Origin: Eubacteriales bacterium
GTDB taxonomy: Bacteria; Bacillota; Clostridia; Oscillospirales; UMGS1783
Length of the DNA: 64,000 bases
Direction: 5' to 3'
Assembly (NCBI GenBank): GCA_045595395.1
Contig: JAZOAH010000010.1
Coordinates: 32,000-95,999, forward strand
A program made the translations under genes and the position numbers. The notes below the pieces were generated by a model. It saw nothing but the letters and a program-made list of their open reading frames with translations. It did no database searches and had not been told where the DNA came from. Below, piece after piece: positions 9,802 through 19,423 of the stretch (positions are counted from its first letter, which is position 1; every line of letters starts with the position of its first letter).

Positions 9802-10783
9802 ATAGGATATAACTTTTATTATAGTCCCAGACGGCGGTGATGCCCCAGCGATCATCTGCCTGTACCAGGTCGAAAACGACAGTATAGACGGTGTCGCCGA
9901 TGGTGGCTTCCAGATGGTAGGCACGATAGGCCTGCGGCTGGACGCCCAATATTTCGGTTATGCTTTGGGTTTGATAGGCCGAATAGTCTTTGGTTTGGGT
10001 GAGGGTATAGTCGACGGGGTTGCCGCACAGACCGTCGGCGGTGAAATCGTCGAGCTCGTGCAGCATCGTGCGCAGTCCGTAATTTTTGCCGATGGCGGCG
10101 GTGGCGAGAGAGGGTGCGATGGCCGAGGCCATGCCCTCAAGATCGGCGGCGGCAAAGGCGGTCAGGTAGGTGCTGATAGCCGATTCGGGATCGGCAAAGC
10201 CGCTGCCGGGGACAATGTCGTCGTTCCAGATCTCGGCCAGATACCATTTCCCCTTGATCTCAACGACGTCCAGGTGCAGGAAGCGAAGGCGGTTGTCGAT
10301 CTGTTTTTGGAGGATGATCTCTTTATAGCCGGTGATGTCGGCGCCAAACATGGCGCTAAAGGAGAGCCGATCGGCCTGGGGGTAATCCCGGACGGAGAGG
10401 ATCGAATGGTCTGCATTTTGGCCGTAGGCGAAATAGAATTGGTCCAGTTGCTTTACCAGGTCGGCCCGTTTGCCGAGATGTCGGCTCTGTATGGCGTGGG
10501 GGAAGAGGCGGTAGACCCGGCCGACGGCGGCCTTGGCCTGTGCGTCGGCATAGGCATTGGCCAGCGCTTCGGGTGAGGGTTGGCCTTGCGAGCCAAACAG
10601 GAAGGCGTACAGGCCGATGCACAGCGCCGCAAAGGCGGCAAGGGCTATGAGCGGCCAGATCCGGCGCCGCTTGCGCTTGGGCGGCTCGGATGGTTTGTCG
10701 GGTATTGTAATTTCAATAAATTCATCGGTGGCCTTGGTCACGCCGGTGACCCGACCCAGGTCCAGGGTGTTGTCTTGTTCCAT
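9800..10783 (-). CDS. Membrane-anchored hypothetical protein with two tandem NTF2-like domains
   Basis: Basic stretch KRKRRR plus TM helix; two similar halves (SPEALANAY...VVEIKGKWYL / DPESAISTY...LVQADDRWGI). Confidence 0.6.
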   Translation of the reverse strand: MEQDNTLDLGRVTGVTKATDEFIEITIPDKPSEPPKRKRRRIWPLIALAAFAALCIGLYAFLFGSQGQPSPEALANAYADAQAKAAVGRVYRLFPHAIQSRHLGKRADLVKQLDQFYFAYGQNADHSILSVRDYPQADRLSFSAMFGADITGYKEIILQKQIDNRLRFLHLDVVEIKGKWYLAEIWNDDIVPGSGFADPESAISTYLTAFAAADLEGMASAIAPSLATAAIGKNYGLRTMLHELDDFTADGLCGNPVDYTLTQTKDYSAYQTQSITEILGVQPQAYRAYHLEATIGDTVYTVVFDLVQADDRWGITAVWDYNKSYIL

Positions 10784-10831
10784 AGATGACTCCCAGCAAA
10801 GAGGAGCAGACTTTCGTCTGCTCCGTTGGAT

Positions 10832-12022
10832 TTAGAGGGTAGAGGTATCCCAAACGTCTTCGTTACCGTTTTTGCGCTTAGGTTCTTCGGTCGGCTCTTG
10901 GGGAAGGGGACCGAGGACGGCGATGAGTTGATTGTCGGTCATGTCGACAGCATCGTTGATGGCGTTGAACATACCCGACATGGAGATGGAGGTATCGGCA
11001 TAGATCTTCTGTGCCTGGTCGATCTCCTTTTTCATGACCCGAATGCGGGACTGCATGGCGGTCAGCCCGTCCATGCCTTGATGCAGGATCTGGTTGCGGG
11101 ATTCTTCGGCCTCAACCACCATATCGTTGGCTCGTCTGCGAGCCTCGGTCATGATGCGGCCGACATTGTTTTTGATATCGTCATACAGACGGCTCTTGTC
11201 GTAGATGTTACGCAGTTCATCGGGATGCATAGCCGATTGGGCACGCAACTGCTCGTTTTCAGCACGAAGGCGGGCCAGCTCCTGTTCGAGAGCTGTCACA
11301 CGCTCCTGCGCCTCACGCAGACGAAGATCGCCTGAATAGGCGGAAGTGGTGTAGGCCGTGCCGTTGAGTTGGGCCGAAAGCTGACGGTTTTGCAGGGTCA
11401 GCTCGTCGATCTGACGGGCGGCCTGCGCCTGCACCTGAGCCAGCTGTGCGGCGGCGGCATTGGCACGTTCCTCAGCCTGTGCGATGCGGGCGTTGATCTC
11501 CTCATCGGTGATGGGTTGAGCGGTTTCGGTCTGTTTGGTTTGCAGATCCAGGATCTGGGCCTTGGCGGCTTCGAGCTCGGCCTGCAGCTGCTGAACATCG
11601 GCAGGCTGGGCGGCACGGAGTTCTTCGACCTGGGCCTTATAGTGAGCGATCTGCTTTTGCATGCGTTCACGCTCACGGATGATCTCTTCAATGCGGGTGC
11701 GCAGCTGCTCATTACCGATGAGGGGAGTGCCGGCCATCTTTTCCTTGGCTTTGACCAGTTCTTCCTTGACCAGGTCACATTCCTGGGACTTTTCGGCCAG
11801 CTGGGCACGCAGTTGATCGAGGGCGGCAGGGTCAGCCCCGGCGGCCTTGAGCGCATTGTTTTCTTTGGTCAAACGCTTGATGGTATCGGCCATGGCCTTG
11901 GTCTGCCGATCAAACCAATCCTGGTTTTCGGCGGCGGCACGGTTGATTCCTTCGATATAAGCGATGACATCATCTTTATGAAAGCCGCTGATAGCGGTGC
12001 GGAACATTTGTTCGTCTGCCAT
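10832..12022 (-). CDS. Long coiled-coil protein with DivIVA-like N-terminus
   Basis: AAGGAG RBS, ATG at 12022; FRTAISGFHKDDVIAYIE resembles the DivIVA N-domain; heptad-rich body; late EARRRANDMVVEAEE segment. Confidence 0.6.
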   Translation of the reverse strand: MADEQMFRTAISGFHKDDVIAYIEGINRAAAENQDWFDRQTKAMADTIKRLTKENNALKAAGADPAALDQLRAQLAEKSQECDLVKEELVKAKEKMAGTPLIGNEQLRTRIEEIIRERERMQKQIAHYKAQVEELRAAQPADVQQLQAELEAAKAQILDLQTKQTETAQPITDEEINARIAQAEERANAAAAQLAQVQAQAARQIDELTLQNRQLSAQLNGTAYTTSAYSGDLRLREAQERVTALEQELARLRAENEQLRAQSAMHPDELRNIYDKSRLYDDIKNNVGRIMTEARRRANDMVVEAEESRNQILHQGMDGLTAMQSRIRVMKKEIDQAQKIYADTSISMSGMFNAINDAVDMTDNQLIAVLGPLPQEPTEEPKRKNGNEDVWDTSTL

Positions 12023-12137
12023 GATCGTGCTCCTTTTTAGGCATAATAACGCAATATATAAGTATGATAACACAAATTTCCTGGCCTGGCAAGGGCAAAC
12101 AAAAAAATACCCATCGAAAATGATGGGTATTTTGATG

Positions 12138-12965
12138 TTATTCGATGTTTTGTTCGAGCGTTTGGGGGTTGGCCAGCAGTTTTTTCATGTAGCGCACGGT
12201 GCGGGCGAAGTATAGGCCGTCGCAAATGCGCTCATCAATGGTCAGCCCAAGCTGGAGCGATTTTTTGATGGTGATGTGCTCCTTGCCGTCGACGATCGGG
12301 ACATATCGCTCCTTGCCGATGGATACAAACTGACTGCAGGTGCCGAAATTATAGATGTGATGCAGCACGGTGCCGATACCCAAGGATTTGAGGTTGGTTA
12401 CATAAAAGGAGGTATGGAAGGGGGAGGCCTCCATGACGTCCTTGGGCAGGATGTTGTGTCGGTCCATCCACATCAGAAAGCGGACGGCCGGCTTATATAA
12501 GAAGGAGGGAATGGCCATGATGATACGGGCCAGGTCGTCGGTGTCGTTGGTGTCGCCCACGGTGGTGTTGGCGGCAATGGCCTCGTCGATCTTGGCGGCT
12601 ACCTCGGCCAGGGTCTCGGTACCGGTAAATTCCAGTTTGAGCACCGTTTCGGCCGTTTGGCCACGCAGGGAACGGTGGACATTAAAGCAGACCTGAATGG
12701 CATTGCGCTGATACAGCTTGCCGTTGACGACAAAACGGTTGAGCTCGGGGAACTTGTGCATGGTGCGCACAAAGGTGGCGATCAGCAGGTGCATGTAGCT
12801 CAATTCGGATGTGGTATACTGCTTTATGTATTGATCTAGGATGGCACAATCGACCTCTTCAAAGCTGTAATTGAGCGCATCGGTGCGGTCATACATGATG
12901 TAGGGTATGATCCGCATAAGAGGCTCCAGGTTTTTCACCTGGACACCGTCACGTCTTTTTGCCAT
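12138..12965 (-). CDS. Stand-alone 2-oxoacid dehydrogenase E2-like (CAT-like acyltransferase) domain
   Basis: PELNRFV, SFYVTNLKSLG, LGLTIDERICDG; no lipoyl domain. Confidence 0.75.
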   Translation of the reverse strand: MAKRRDGVQVKNLEPLMRIIPYIMYDRTDALNYSFEEVDCAILDQYIKQYTTSELSYMHLLIATFVRTMHKFPELNRFVVNGKLYQRNAIQVCFNVHRSLRGQTAETVLKLEFTGTETLAEVAAKIDEAIAANTTVGDTNDTDDLARIIMAIPSFLYKPAVRFLMWMDRHNILPKDVMEASPFHTSFYVTNLKSLGIGTVLHHIYNFGTCSQFVSIGKERYVPIVDGKEHITIKKSLQLGLTIDERICDGLYFARTVRYMKKLLANPQTLEQNIE

Positions 12966-13113
12966 ATGGACCGTCCTTTACTTTCACAATCTGTTAACAA
13001 CTTATTTAAGAATAGCATACATTTGCACAAAAAGCAAGAAAAAATATTGCTACCTCGTGTTGCGTGAGAAGATATCGTATTATATAATACAAGAAAAAAG
13101 GGGGGGAGCGAGG

Positions 13114-14286
13114 ATGCTGCCGGGCTATGTGAGCAAAGCCATGAAAATATTGGAGAAGGCCGGATTTGAGGTCTGGCCGGTGGGCGGCTGCGTGCGCGAT
13201 CGGCTGCGAGGCGAGATGCCCGGCGATTACGATCTGACCACCAACGCCACCCCCAAACAGATGCTGGAATTGTTTGCCGATACCCGTTGTATTTTGGCCG
13301 GGCTGTCGCACGGCACGGTGACCCCCATCATCGAGCATCATCCGGTTGAGATCACCACCTTTCGCATTGAGACGGGGTATCGGGACCATCGGCGGCCCGA
13401 TGCGGTGACCTTTACCGAGGATATTCGGGAGGATCTGGCAAGGCGGGATTTTACCGTCAATGCAATGGCCTGGCATCCCAAGCGGGGGCTGTGCGATCCC
13501 TTTGGGGGCAAGGCCGATCTGGCGGCGGGCATCATCCGAGCGGTAGGTGAGCCGGAGCGGCGGTTTGAGGAGGATGCGCTGCGCATCCTGCGGGCGCTGC
13601 GCTTTGCCGTAAAATTAGGATTTACCATTGAAGAGAAGACGGCGCAGGCGATGCGGAAAGCGGCACCGACGCTGACACATATTGCCGCTGAGCGGATCAC
13701 CGCCGAGTGGCGGGGCGTGCTGGGATCGGCTGATTGTGTGCGGTTATACGAGCCGTTTGTGAGCATCTGGCGGCAGGTGTTGCCGGGAGTGGATATCCCC
13801 GATGTTAAGGAGTTGGCGGCGCCGCTGGATTTTGTGCTGCGTCTGGTGCTGCTGTGCTATCGGTCGGGTCGGGATGTGACCGAGCGGTTGTGCCTGACCA
13901 AGATCGAGCGCAAGGCGCTGACCCGCCTGTGGGCGGCCATGGATGAGCCGGTACCGCAGGACGTGATCGGGGTGCGGCGATTGGTGGCGGCACACGGGGC
14001 GGAGGATGCCGATGCGCTGTTGCGGTTGTGGGCGGCCATAGGCAAGGATACCGAGCGGGCGGGCGAGCTGCTGTGCGAGTGTGTCGAGCGGGGCGACTGC
14101 ATGAGTCTGGCGCAGTTGGCAGTGACGGGGGCGGATCTGGCTCTGCCGCCGTCGCAGATCGGGGTCTGCTTGCGAGAGTTGCTGGATGCTGTGGTGCGTG
14201 AAAAGGTGGCTAATGAACGAGAGGCATTGCTTTCTTATTTGAAGCATGATATAATGTCAGAAAAAGGCTTGGGAGGAAATATGTAG
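13114..14286 (+). CDS. cca: tRNA nucleotidyltransferase (class II, CCA-adding type)
   Basis: VGGCVRD, DYD, EITTFR, DLARRDFTVNA, EDALRILRALRF, ERI, LAVTGADL. Confidence 0.88.
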   Translation: MLPGYVSKAMKILEKAGFEVWPVGGCVRDRLRGEMPGDYDLTTNATPKQMLELFADTRCILAGLSHGTVTPIIEHHPVEITTFRIETGYRDHRRPDAVTFTEDIREDLARRDFTVNAMAWHPKRGLCDPFGGKADLAAGIIRAVGEPERRFEEDALRILRALRFAVKLGFTIEEKTAQAMRKAAPTLTHIAAERITAEWRGVLGSADCVRLYEPFVSIWRQVLPGVDIPDVKELAAPLDFVLRLVLLCYRSGRDVTERLCLTKIERKALTRLWAAMDEPVPQDVIGVRRLVAAHGAEDADALLRLWAAIGKDTERAGELLCECVERGDCMSLAQLAVTGADLALPPSQIGVCLRELLDAVVREKVANEREALLSYLKHDIMSEKGLGGNM

Positions 14287-14288
14287 AA

Positions 14289-14645
14289 ATGGACAAGAAG
14301 AAGCTGGTGTTGTTTGCCTGTTTTGGGGTGAGTTTGGTTTTCTTTATTTTGGGTTGGGTGTTGCCCGATGTATCCCGTTGGATGTATCTGCCGGGGCTGC
14401 TGGGTTATGCCGGCTGCACGGCCATGATGGGACTGATCGATCTTAAGAAAAAGCAGAAGATCATGGGTTATATTTGGCTGGCCATTGCGCTGATGGCGGC
14501 GGTGTTGGGTGTTGTGCAGGCGGTGACCAAGCTGGTCTTCCGGTTTAATCCCCTGTTCTTTGTTATTGTTTTGCTGCTGTCGATGGTGCTTGGCTGGGAA
14601 GAAAAGCCCAAGCAGGCCAAACACGATGCGACGAAAAAGAAATAA
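14289..14645 (+). CDS. Small hypothetical membrane protein (about 4 TM)
   Basis: GGAGG RBS, four hydrophobic segments, directly after cca. Confidence 0.65.
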   Translation: MDKKKLVLFACFGVSLVFFILGWVLPDVSRWMYLPGLLGYAGCTAMMGLIDLKKKQKIMGYIWLAIALMAAVLGVVQAVTKLVFRFNPLFFVIVLLLSMVLGWEEKPKQAKHDATKKK

Positions 14646-14673
14646 AAAAATGAGCCGAAAGGCTCATTTTTTT
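14644..14673. terminator. Bidirectional intrinsic terminator
   Basis: A7-TGAGCC-GAAA-GGCTCA-T7. Confidence 0.85.
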
Positions 14674-15700
14674 ATAGTTTGTCGGCGACGGTGTAGATAA
14701 AGCGTTCGGTCTTTTCCCAGCCCATGCAGGGGTCGGTGATCGACTGGCCGTAGGTGGTGCCGTCGGGCTTTTGGCAACCGTCGACCAGATAGCTTTCGAC
14801 CATAAAGCCCTTGACCATCTTGCCGATGTCGGCGTTGTGGCGGCGGTTGTAGAGCACCTCTTCGGCGATGCGCTGCTGCTGATCGAATTGCTTGCCCGAG
14901 TTGGCATGGTTGGTGTCGATGATGACGGCGGGGTTGGCAAGGCCGCTCTGGGCATAGATCTCATAGGTGCGGATCAGATCCTCGTAGTGGTAGTTGGGCT
15001 GATTCTGGCCCCGCTTGTTGACATAGCCTCGCAGGATGGCGTGGGTGTAGGGGTTGCCGGTGCTTTCGACCTCCCAGCCGCGATAGATGAAGGTGTGAGG
15101 GCGCTGGGCGGCGGTGATGGAGTTGACCATGACCGACAGGTCGCCGCCGGTCGGGTTCTTGATGCCGACGGGAATATTGATGCCGGAGGCGGTCAGGCGG
15201 TGGTGCTGATCTTCGCCCGAACGGGCGCCGACGGCCACATAGCCCAGCAGGTCGGAGAGGTACCGGTGGTTTTCGGGATAGAGCATTTCATCGGCGCAGG
15301 CAAAGCCGGTCTCGGCCAAGGCACGCATGTGGAACTGGCGCACGGCCAGGATGCCCTTGAACAGGTCGGGCTTACCCGAAGGGTCGGGCTGATGGAGCAG
15401 ACCCATGTAGCCCTCGCCGGTGGTGCGGGGCTTGCCGGTGTAGATGCGGGGGACGATGACGATCTTATCCTTGACCTTTTCCTGCACCTTGCGCAGGCGG
15501 GAGATATAGTCCATGACCGAGTCCTCACGGTCGGCTGAGCAGGGGCCGATGACCAGCAGGAATTTATCAGAAGTGGAGTCGATGACCGATTTGATCTCCT
15601 TATCACGGTCGGCCTTGACCTTGGCCATGGCCTCGGTCAGCGGGAACTGGGTCTTAACCTCGAGAGGGATGGGGAGTTTGCGTTTGAAATTCATATTCAT
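14672..15700 (-). CDS. aroF: DAHP synthase (class I alpha)
   Basis: IGPCS, KPRT, VGAR, PVGIKN, HAILRG, DTNHANS, GQSITDPC. Confidence 0.93.
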   Translation of the reverse strand: MNMNFKRKLPIPLEVKTQFPLTEAMAKVKADRDKEIKSVIDSTSDKFLLVIGPCSADREDSVMDYISRLRKVQEKVKDKIVIVPRIYTGKPRTTGEGYMGLLHQPDPSGKPDLFKGILAVRQFHMRALAETGFACADEMLYPENHRYLSDLLGYVAVGARSGEDQHHRLTASGINIPVGIKNPTGGDLSVMVNSITAAQRPHTFIYRGWEVESTGNPYTHAILRGYVNKRGQNQPNYHYEDLIRTYEIYAQSGLANPAVIIDTNHANSGKQFDQQQRIAEEVLYNRRHNADIGKMVKGFMVESYLVDGCQKPDGTTYGQSITDPCMGWEKTERFIYTVADKL

Positions 15701-15717
15701 GGGGTAGGGTCTCCTTT

Positions 15718-16578
15718 TTACTTCTTGTCAAACAGGGCGCGGCGGGCGGTGGACAGGCGCATCATCTCACGCATGGTGTCGCAATCACCCTCCTCGAGGG
15801 AGCGGCGCAGGCGGGAAAATTCGTCCAAAAACTTATCCATTTGCGCTAAAAGTGGCTCTTTATTCATCAAAAACAGCTCGCTCCACATCTCGTCGTTGAT
15901 GCGGGCGATGCGGGTCAGGTCACGGAAAGAGTCGCCGGTATAGTCCTGCAATTTCTCCTTGTCGTCGTAGCAGGTCATGAGGGAAACGGCGATGCAGTGG
16001 GTCAGCTGCGACACAAAGCCGATCATCTCATCGTGCTTTTCAGGGGAAAGGGTGCAGACCTTGCCAAATCCGAGCAGTTTGCCGATCTCCAGGCAGTCGT
16101 TGATGGCCGCCTGTGTGTTTTTCTCGGTAGGGGTGACGATGTAGTTGGCACCGTGGAAGATGCGCTCATCGCTGTTTTGTACACCGTAGACCTCTTTACC
16201 GGCCATGGGGTGAGCGGCGATGAATTCAACATCCTCACGCAGCATGCTCTGAATGTCATAAACGACCGAGGTTTTGACGCCGGTGACGTCGGTGAGCAGA
16301 GCGCCGGGCTTAAAATGCTGCTGATGCTCCCGGATCCATTCGATAAAGACCTTGGGGTAGAGGGAGAAGATGATCAGCTCGGCCTCGCCGATCAAGGTCG
16401 GGTCTGGCGTGGTGGCGCCTTTGGCGATCAGGCCGTTTTCCAGAGCATAGTCGATGGAAGTCTGAGAGAGGGTGATGGCCGAGACCTCAAAGCCGAGTTT
16501 GGTAAAGGCACGGGCATAGCTGCCGCCGATCAGACCGAGACCGACAATAAGTATTTTTTTGCTGGTATTAAGCATCAT
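15718..16578 (-). CDS. tyrA: Prephenate dehydrogenase
   Basis: GLGLIGGS, DVTGVK, HPMAGKE, HDEMIGFVSQLTH, SFRDLTRIA. Confidence 0.92.
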   Translation of the reverse strand: MMLNTSKKILIVGLGLIGGSYARAFTKLGFEVSAITLSQTSIDYALENGLIAKGATTPDPTLIGEAELIIFSLYPKVFIEWIREHQQHFKPGALLTDVTGVKTSVVYDIQSMLREDVEFIAAHPMAGKEVYGVQNSDERIFHGANYIVTPTEKNTQAAINDCLEIGKLLGFGKVCTLSPEKHDEMIGFVSQLTHCIAVSLMTCYDDKEKLQDYTGDSFRDLTRIARINDEMWSELFLMNKEPLLAQMDKFLDEFSRLRRSLEEGDCDTMREMMRLSTARRALFDKK

Positions 16579-17782
16579 AGCAGGTTACCTCAAATCCGAG
16601 TTGTTGCAGACGGTCAAAAAAGTCGGGCATGCTCTTGGCGGCGGCCTGCGCTCCGTCGATCACGCCGCCCAGACGGGTGGCCAGCACCGCCAGCGACATG
16701 ACGATGCGATGATCGTTGTGGCCGCACAGATCCTCTGTCGGGGCGTGCAGGTCGTGGGGATAGACCACCACGCTGTCCTCATGCACGGTCACGGCTACGC
16801 CGAACTTGGACAGTTCCTGTGCCATGGCGGCGGCACGGTCGCTCTCCTTGAGTTTAAGGCGACGGGTGCCGGTGAAGACACCGCCGCCGAAGACGGCCGA
16901 CAGGGCAAAGAGGATGGGGCCAAGATCGGGGCAGTCGGCAATGTTGATGGTGGGGGTGCCTCGGCCAAGCAGGGCGAAATATTTCTCGTAGATCTTATCC
17001 CCCTGCAGGCTGTCGGGGTTAAGCCCGGTCAGGGTGATATCCGAGCCGAGCCGCTGGAGAGCAGCGAAAAAGGCGGCGCCCGAATAATCGCCCTCGACGG
17101 CCGTTTGGATCGGCTGATAGGTCTGTCCGCCGGGGATGGCGAGGGTGCGCTCATCCTGCCAGAAGACACGGATGCCGCAGGTGGCCAGTGCCTGAATGGT
17201 CAGATTGATATAGGAGCAGGATTCGATGGGGGGAATCAGAGAGATGGTGCTGTCCCCCGGAAGGAGGGGTAGGGCAAAGAGCAGGCCGGTGATGAACTGG
17301 CTGGAAATATTGCCCTTCATTTTATAGCAGCCGCTGTGCAGCTTGCCGCACAGCCGCAATGAGGTATCCTGTTGTTCAAAGAGGATGCCTTGTCTTTTGC
17401 AGATATCCTCATAAATACCGAGCGGGCGGGAGAGCAGTTTCTCGCTTCCCGTCAGGGTGACGGGCCTGCCCGAGAGCAGGCAAAGAGGAATGAAAAAGCG
17501 CAGGGTGCTGCCGCTTTCCCGACAGGGTAGGACGGCGTTTGCAGGAATGGTAAAGGGATCAAAGCTGCCTAAGGTCACCTGTTCGCCGTGACGGGTCACC
17601 GTTGTGCCCAGGGCGGTCAGACAATCGAGGGTGGCCAGCATATCCTCGCTGTGGGAAATGCCGTCGATAACGCTTTCTCCCTGCGAGAGGGCGCCGCCGA
17701 TGAGCAGACGGTGAGCCATGCTTTTGGAGGGCGGGGCTTGCATGATGCCATGACCGAGAGAAGGGCGGATATCAACCTTCAT
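16568..17782 (-). CDS. aroA: EPSP synthase
   Basis: PPSKSMAHR, ESGSTLRF, SSQFITGLL, LKLKESDR, DHRIVM, KSMPDF; start set to ATG at 17782. Confidence 0.93.
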   Translation of the reverse strand: MKVDIRPSLGHGIMQAPPSKSMAHRLLIGGALSQGESVIDGISHSEDMLATLDCLTALGTTVTRHGEQVTLGSFDPFTIPANAVLPCRESGSTLRFFIPLCLLSGRPVTLTGSEKLLSRPLGIYEDICKRQGILFEQQDTSLRLCGKLHSGCYKMKGNISSQFITGLLFALPLLPGDSTISLIPPIESCSYINLTIQALATCGIRVFWQDERTLAIPGGQTYQPIQTAVEGDYSGAAFFAALQRLGSDITLTGLNPDSLQGDKIYEKYFALLGRGTPTINIADCPDLGPILFALSAVFGGGVFTGTRRLKLKESDRAAAMAQELSKFGVAVTVHEDSVVVYPHDLHAPTEDLCGHNDHRIVMSLAVLATRLGGVIDGAQAAAKSMPDFFDRLQQLGFEVTCYDA

Positions 17783-18200
17783 AATGAGCCTCCAGCAGAT
17801 CAATGGCCTCGCAGTAGCCGTCGGTGCCGTGGCCGATGATATGGCCGATGCAGGCGGCTCGGATAAAGCTCACCTGGCGGAACTCTTCCCGTGTGGATAC
17901 ATCCGAGATGTGCACCTCGACGGTGGGGGTGCCGACGGCTTTGACAGCATCGAGAATGGCGATGGAGGTGTGGGTGTAAGCGCCGGGGTTGATGACTATG
18001 CCGTCATAGGTCTGATAGGTCGACTGGATGGCATCGACCAGATCACCTTCGTGGTTGCTCTGGTAAAAATCGACGGTGTGGGTCTTGGCGTGGGCACGGA
18101 TCTTATCGCATAAGGAAGCATAGGTTTCCTTGCCGTAGATGTCGGGCTCACGCAGGCCTAACAGATTCAAATTCGGGCCGTTGATGACTAAAATCTTCAT
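17772..18200 (-). CDS. aroQ: Type II 3-dehydroquinate dehydratase
   Basis: INGPNLNLLGLREPDIYG, QSNHEG, NPGAYTHTS, EVHISD. Confidence 0.95.
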   Translation of the reverse strand: MKILVINGPNLNLLGLREPDIYGKETYASLCDKIRAHAKTHTVDFYQSNHEGDLVDAIQSTYQTYDGIVINPGAYTHTSIAILDAVKAVGTPTVEVHISDVSTREEFRQVSFIRAACIGHIIGHGTDGYCEAIDLLEAHYEG

Positions 18201-19423
18201 ATAAAATCCTCTGCAATGGCGTCCGCCACCGATTCGATTGCCGTGTCGGCGTCGATGCGGCGGTCGCAGTATGTGAGATAGAGCGGATAGCGCTCGGTAA
18301 AGCGTTGCTCAAGGGCCTGGGCTGACGAGGCGGTAGGACGGTCGGCGGTGGGGATGAGCGCTGACACCGGACGGTCGATAAAATAAAGGCGACCGTTTTT
18401 CTTGAGATAGCGGATATTTTCGGGGTTTAAGACGGCGCCGCCGCCGGTGGCGATGACGCAGCCGGTCTTGCCGGCAAGAGATTGGATGACATCCGATTCA
18501 TAGCGGCGAAAAGCGGCTTCGCCCTCATGGGCAAAAATATCGGGAATAGGGCGGCCGACGGCCCTGACCAGTTCTTGGTCGGCGTCGATAAAGGGGCGTC
18601 CGAGCTTTTCGGCTAAGGCCTTGCCGACGGTCGTTTTTCCGCTGGCCGGCATGCCGATGAGAACGATATTGGTTTTGATGTTTTCCACCTTGCGTACCAT
18701 TTCTTTGGCTTGTTTTGCATCGAATGTTTGATCAAAAAAGTGTTCGGCGGCGATGATGGCCTGGGTGGCCAGCATGGGCAGGCCGCCGCAGTGGGGGATG
18801 CCCAGCTGCTGCGCCTTTTGCAGAAGATCGGTGCGCAAGGGATTATAGACCACATCAATGACCGCCTGCAGCTGCGGAAAATCGGCCGGGTCGGCGGCCA
18901 TGCCGTTAAGGTTGGGATACATGCCGCAGGGGGTGGTGTTGATCAAGATCTGTGCATCGTAGGGCAGGGCATCGTAGCCAATGACTTCGTCGTGCGGGGT
19001 GCGCCCGGCGATGACGATCTCGGCCGCACCCATGGCACGCAGGACGGCGGTGGCCGTTTTGCAGGTGCCGCCGGTGCCGAGGATGAGGGCTTTTTTGCCA
19101 CTGGGATCGACGCCGGTGTGCTCAATGAGGGTTTTGAGTCCGCCGAAATCGGTGTTATAGCCATAGAGTTTGCCGTCACGGTTGACGACGGTGTTGACGG
19201 CGCCGATGGCTTGGGCGGCCTCGTCGATCCAGTCACACAAAGGGATGACCGTTTCCTTGTAGGGAATGGTGACATTGACGGCGGCAAAGTTGCGTTTTTG
19301 GAAAAAGGGGATCACCGCATCGGGTGCCAGTTCAACCAGTTCATAGGGGTAGTCACCGATGCAGGCATGGATCTCGGGGGAGAAGCTGTGCCCCAATGTT
19401 TCTCCGATCAGGCCGTATCTCAT
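18197..19423 (-). CDS. aroE: Shikimate dehydrogenase - shikimate kinase fusion (AroE-AroK)
   Basis: GHSFSP, NVTIPYKE, GAVNT, NTD, DVVYNP, then P-loop IGMPASGKTT, GEAAFR, ATGGG. Confidence 0.92.
   Translation of the reverse strand: MRYGLIGETLGHSFSPEIHACIGDYPYELVELAPDAVIPFFQKRNFAAVNVTIPYKETVIPLCDWIDEAAQAIGAVNTVVNRDGKLYGYNTDFGGLKTLIEHTGVDPSGKKALILGTGGTCKTATAVLRAMGAAEIVIAGRTPHDEVIGYDALPYDAQILINTTPCGMYPNLNGMAADPADFPQLQAVIDVVYNPLRTDLLQKAQQLGIPHCGGLPMLATQAIIAAEHFFDQTFDAKQAKEMVRKVENIKTNIVLIGMPASGKTTVGKALAEKLGRPFIDADQELVRAVGRPIPDIFAHEGEAAFRRYESDVIQSLAGKTGCVIATGGGAVLNPENIRYLKKNGRLYFIDRPVSALIPTADRPTASSAQALEQRFTERYPLYLTYCDRRIDADTAIESVADAIAEDFI

Noticed and set aside
9781..14666. Repeated GAGCCGAAAGGCTC at 9781 and 14652 as a REP-like element
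   Set aside because: Both copies are ordinary bidirectional terminators with A/T tracts; two copies are not enough evidence
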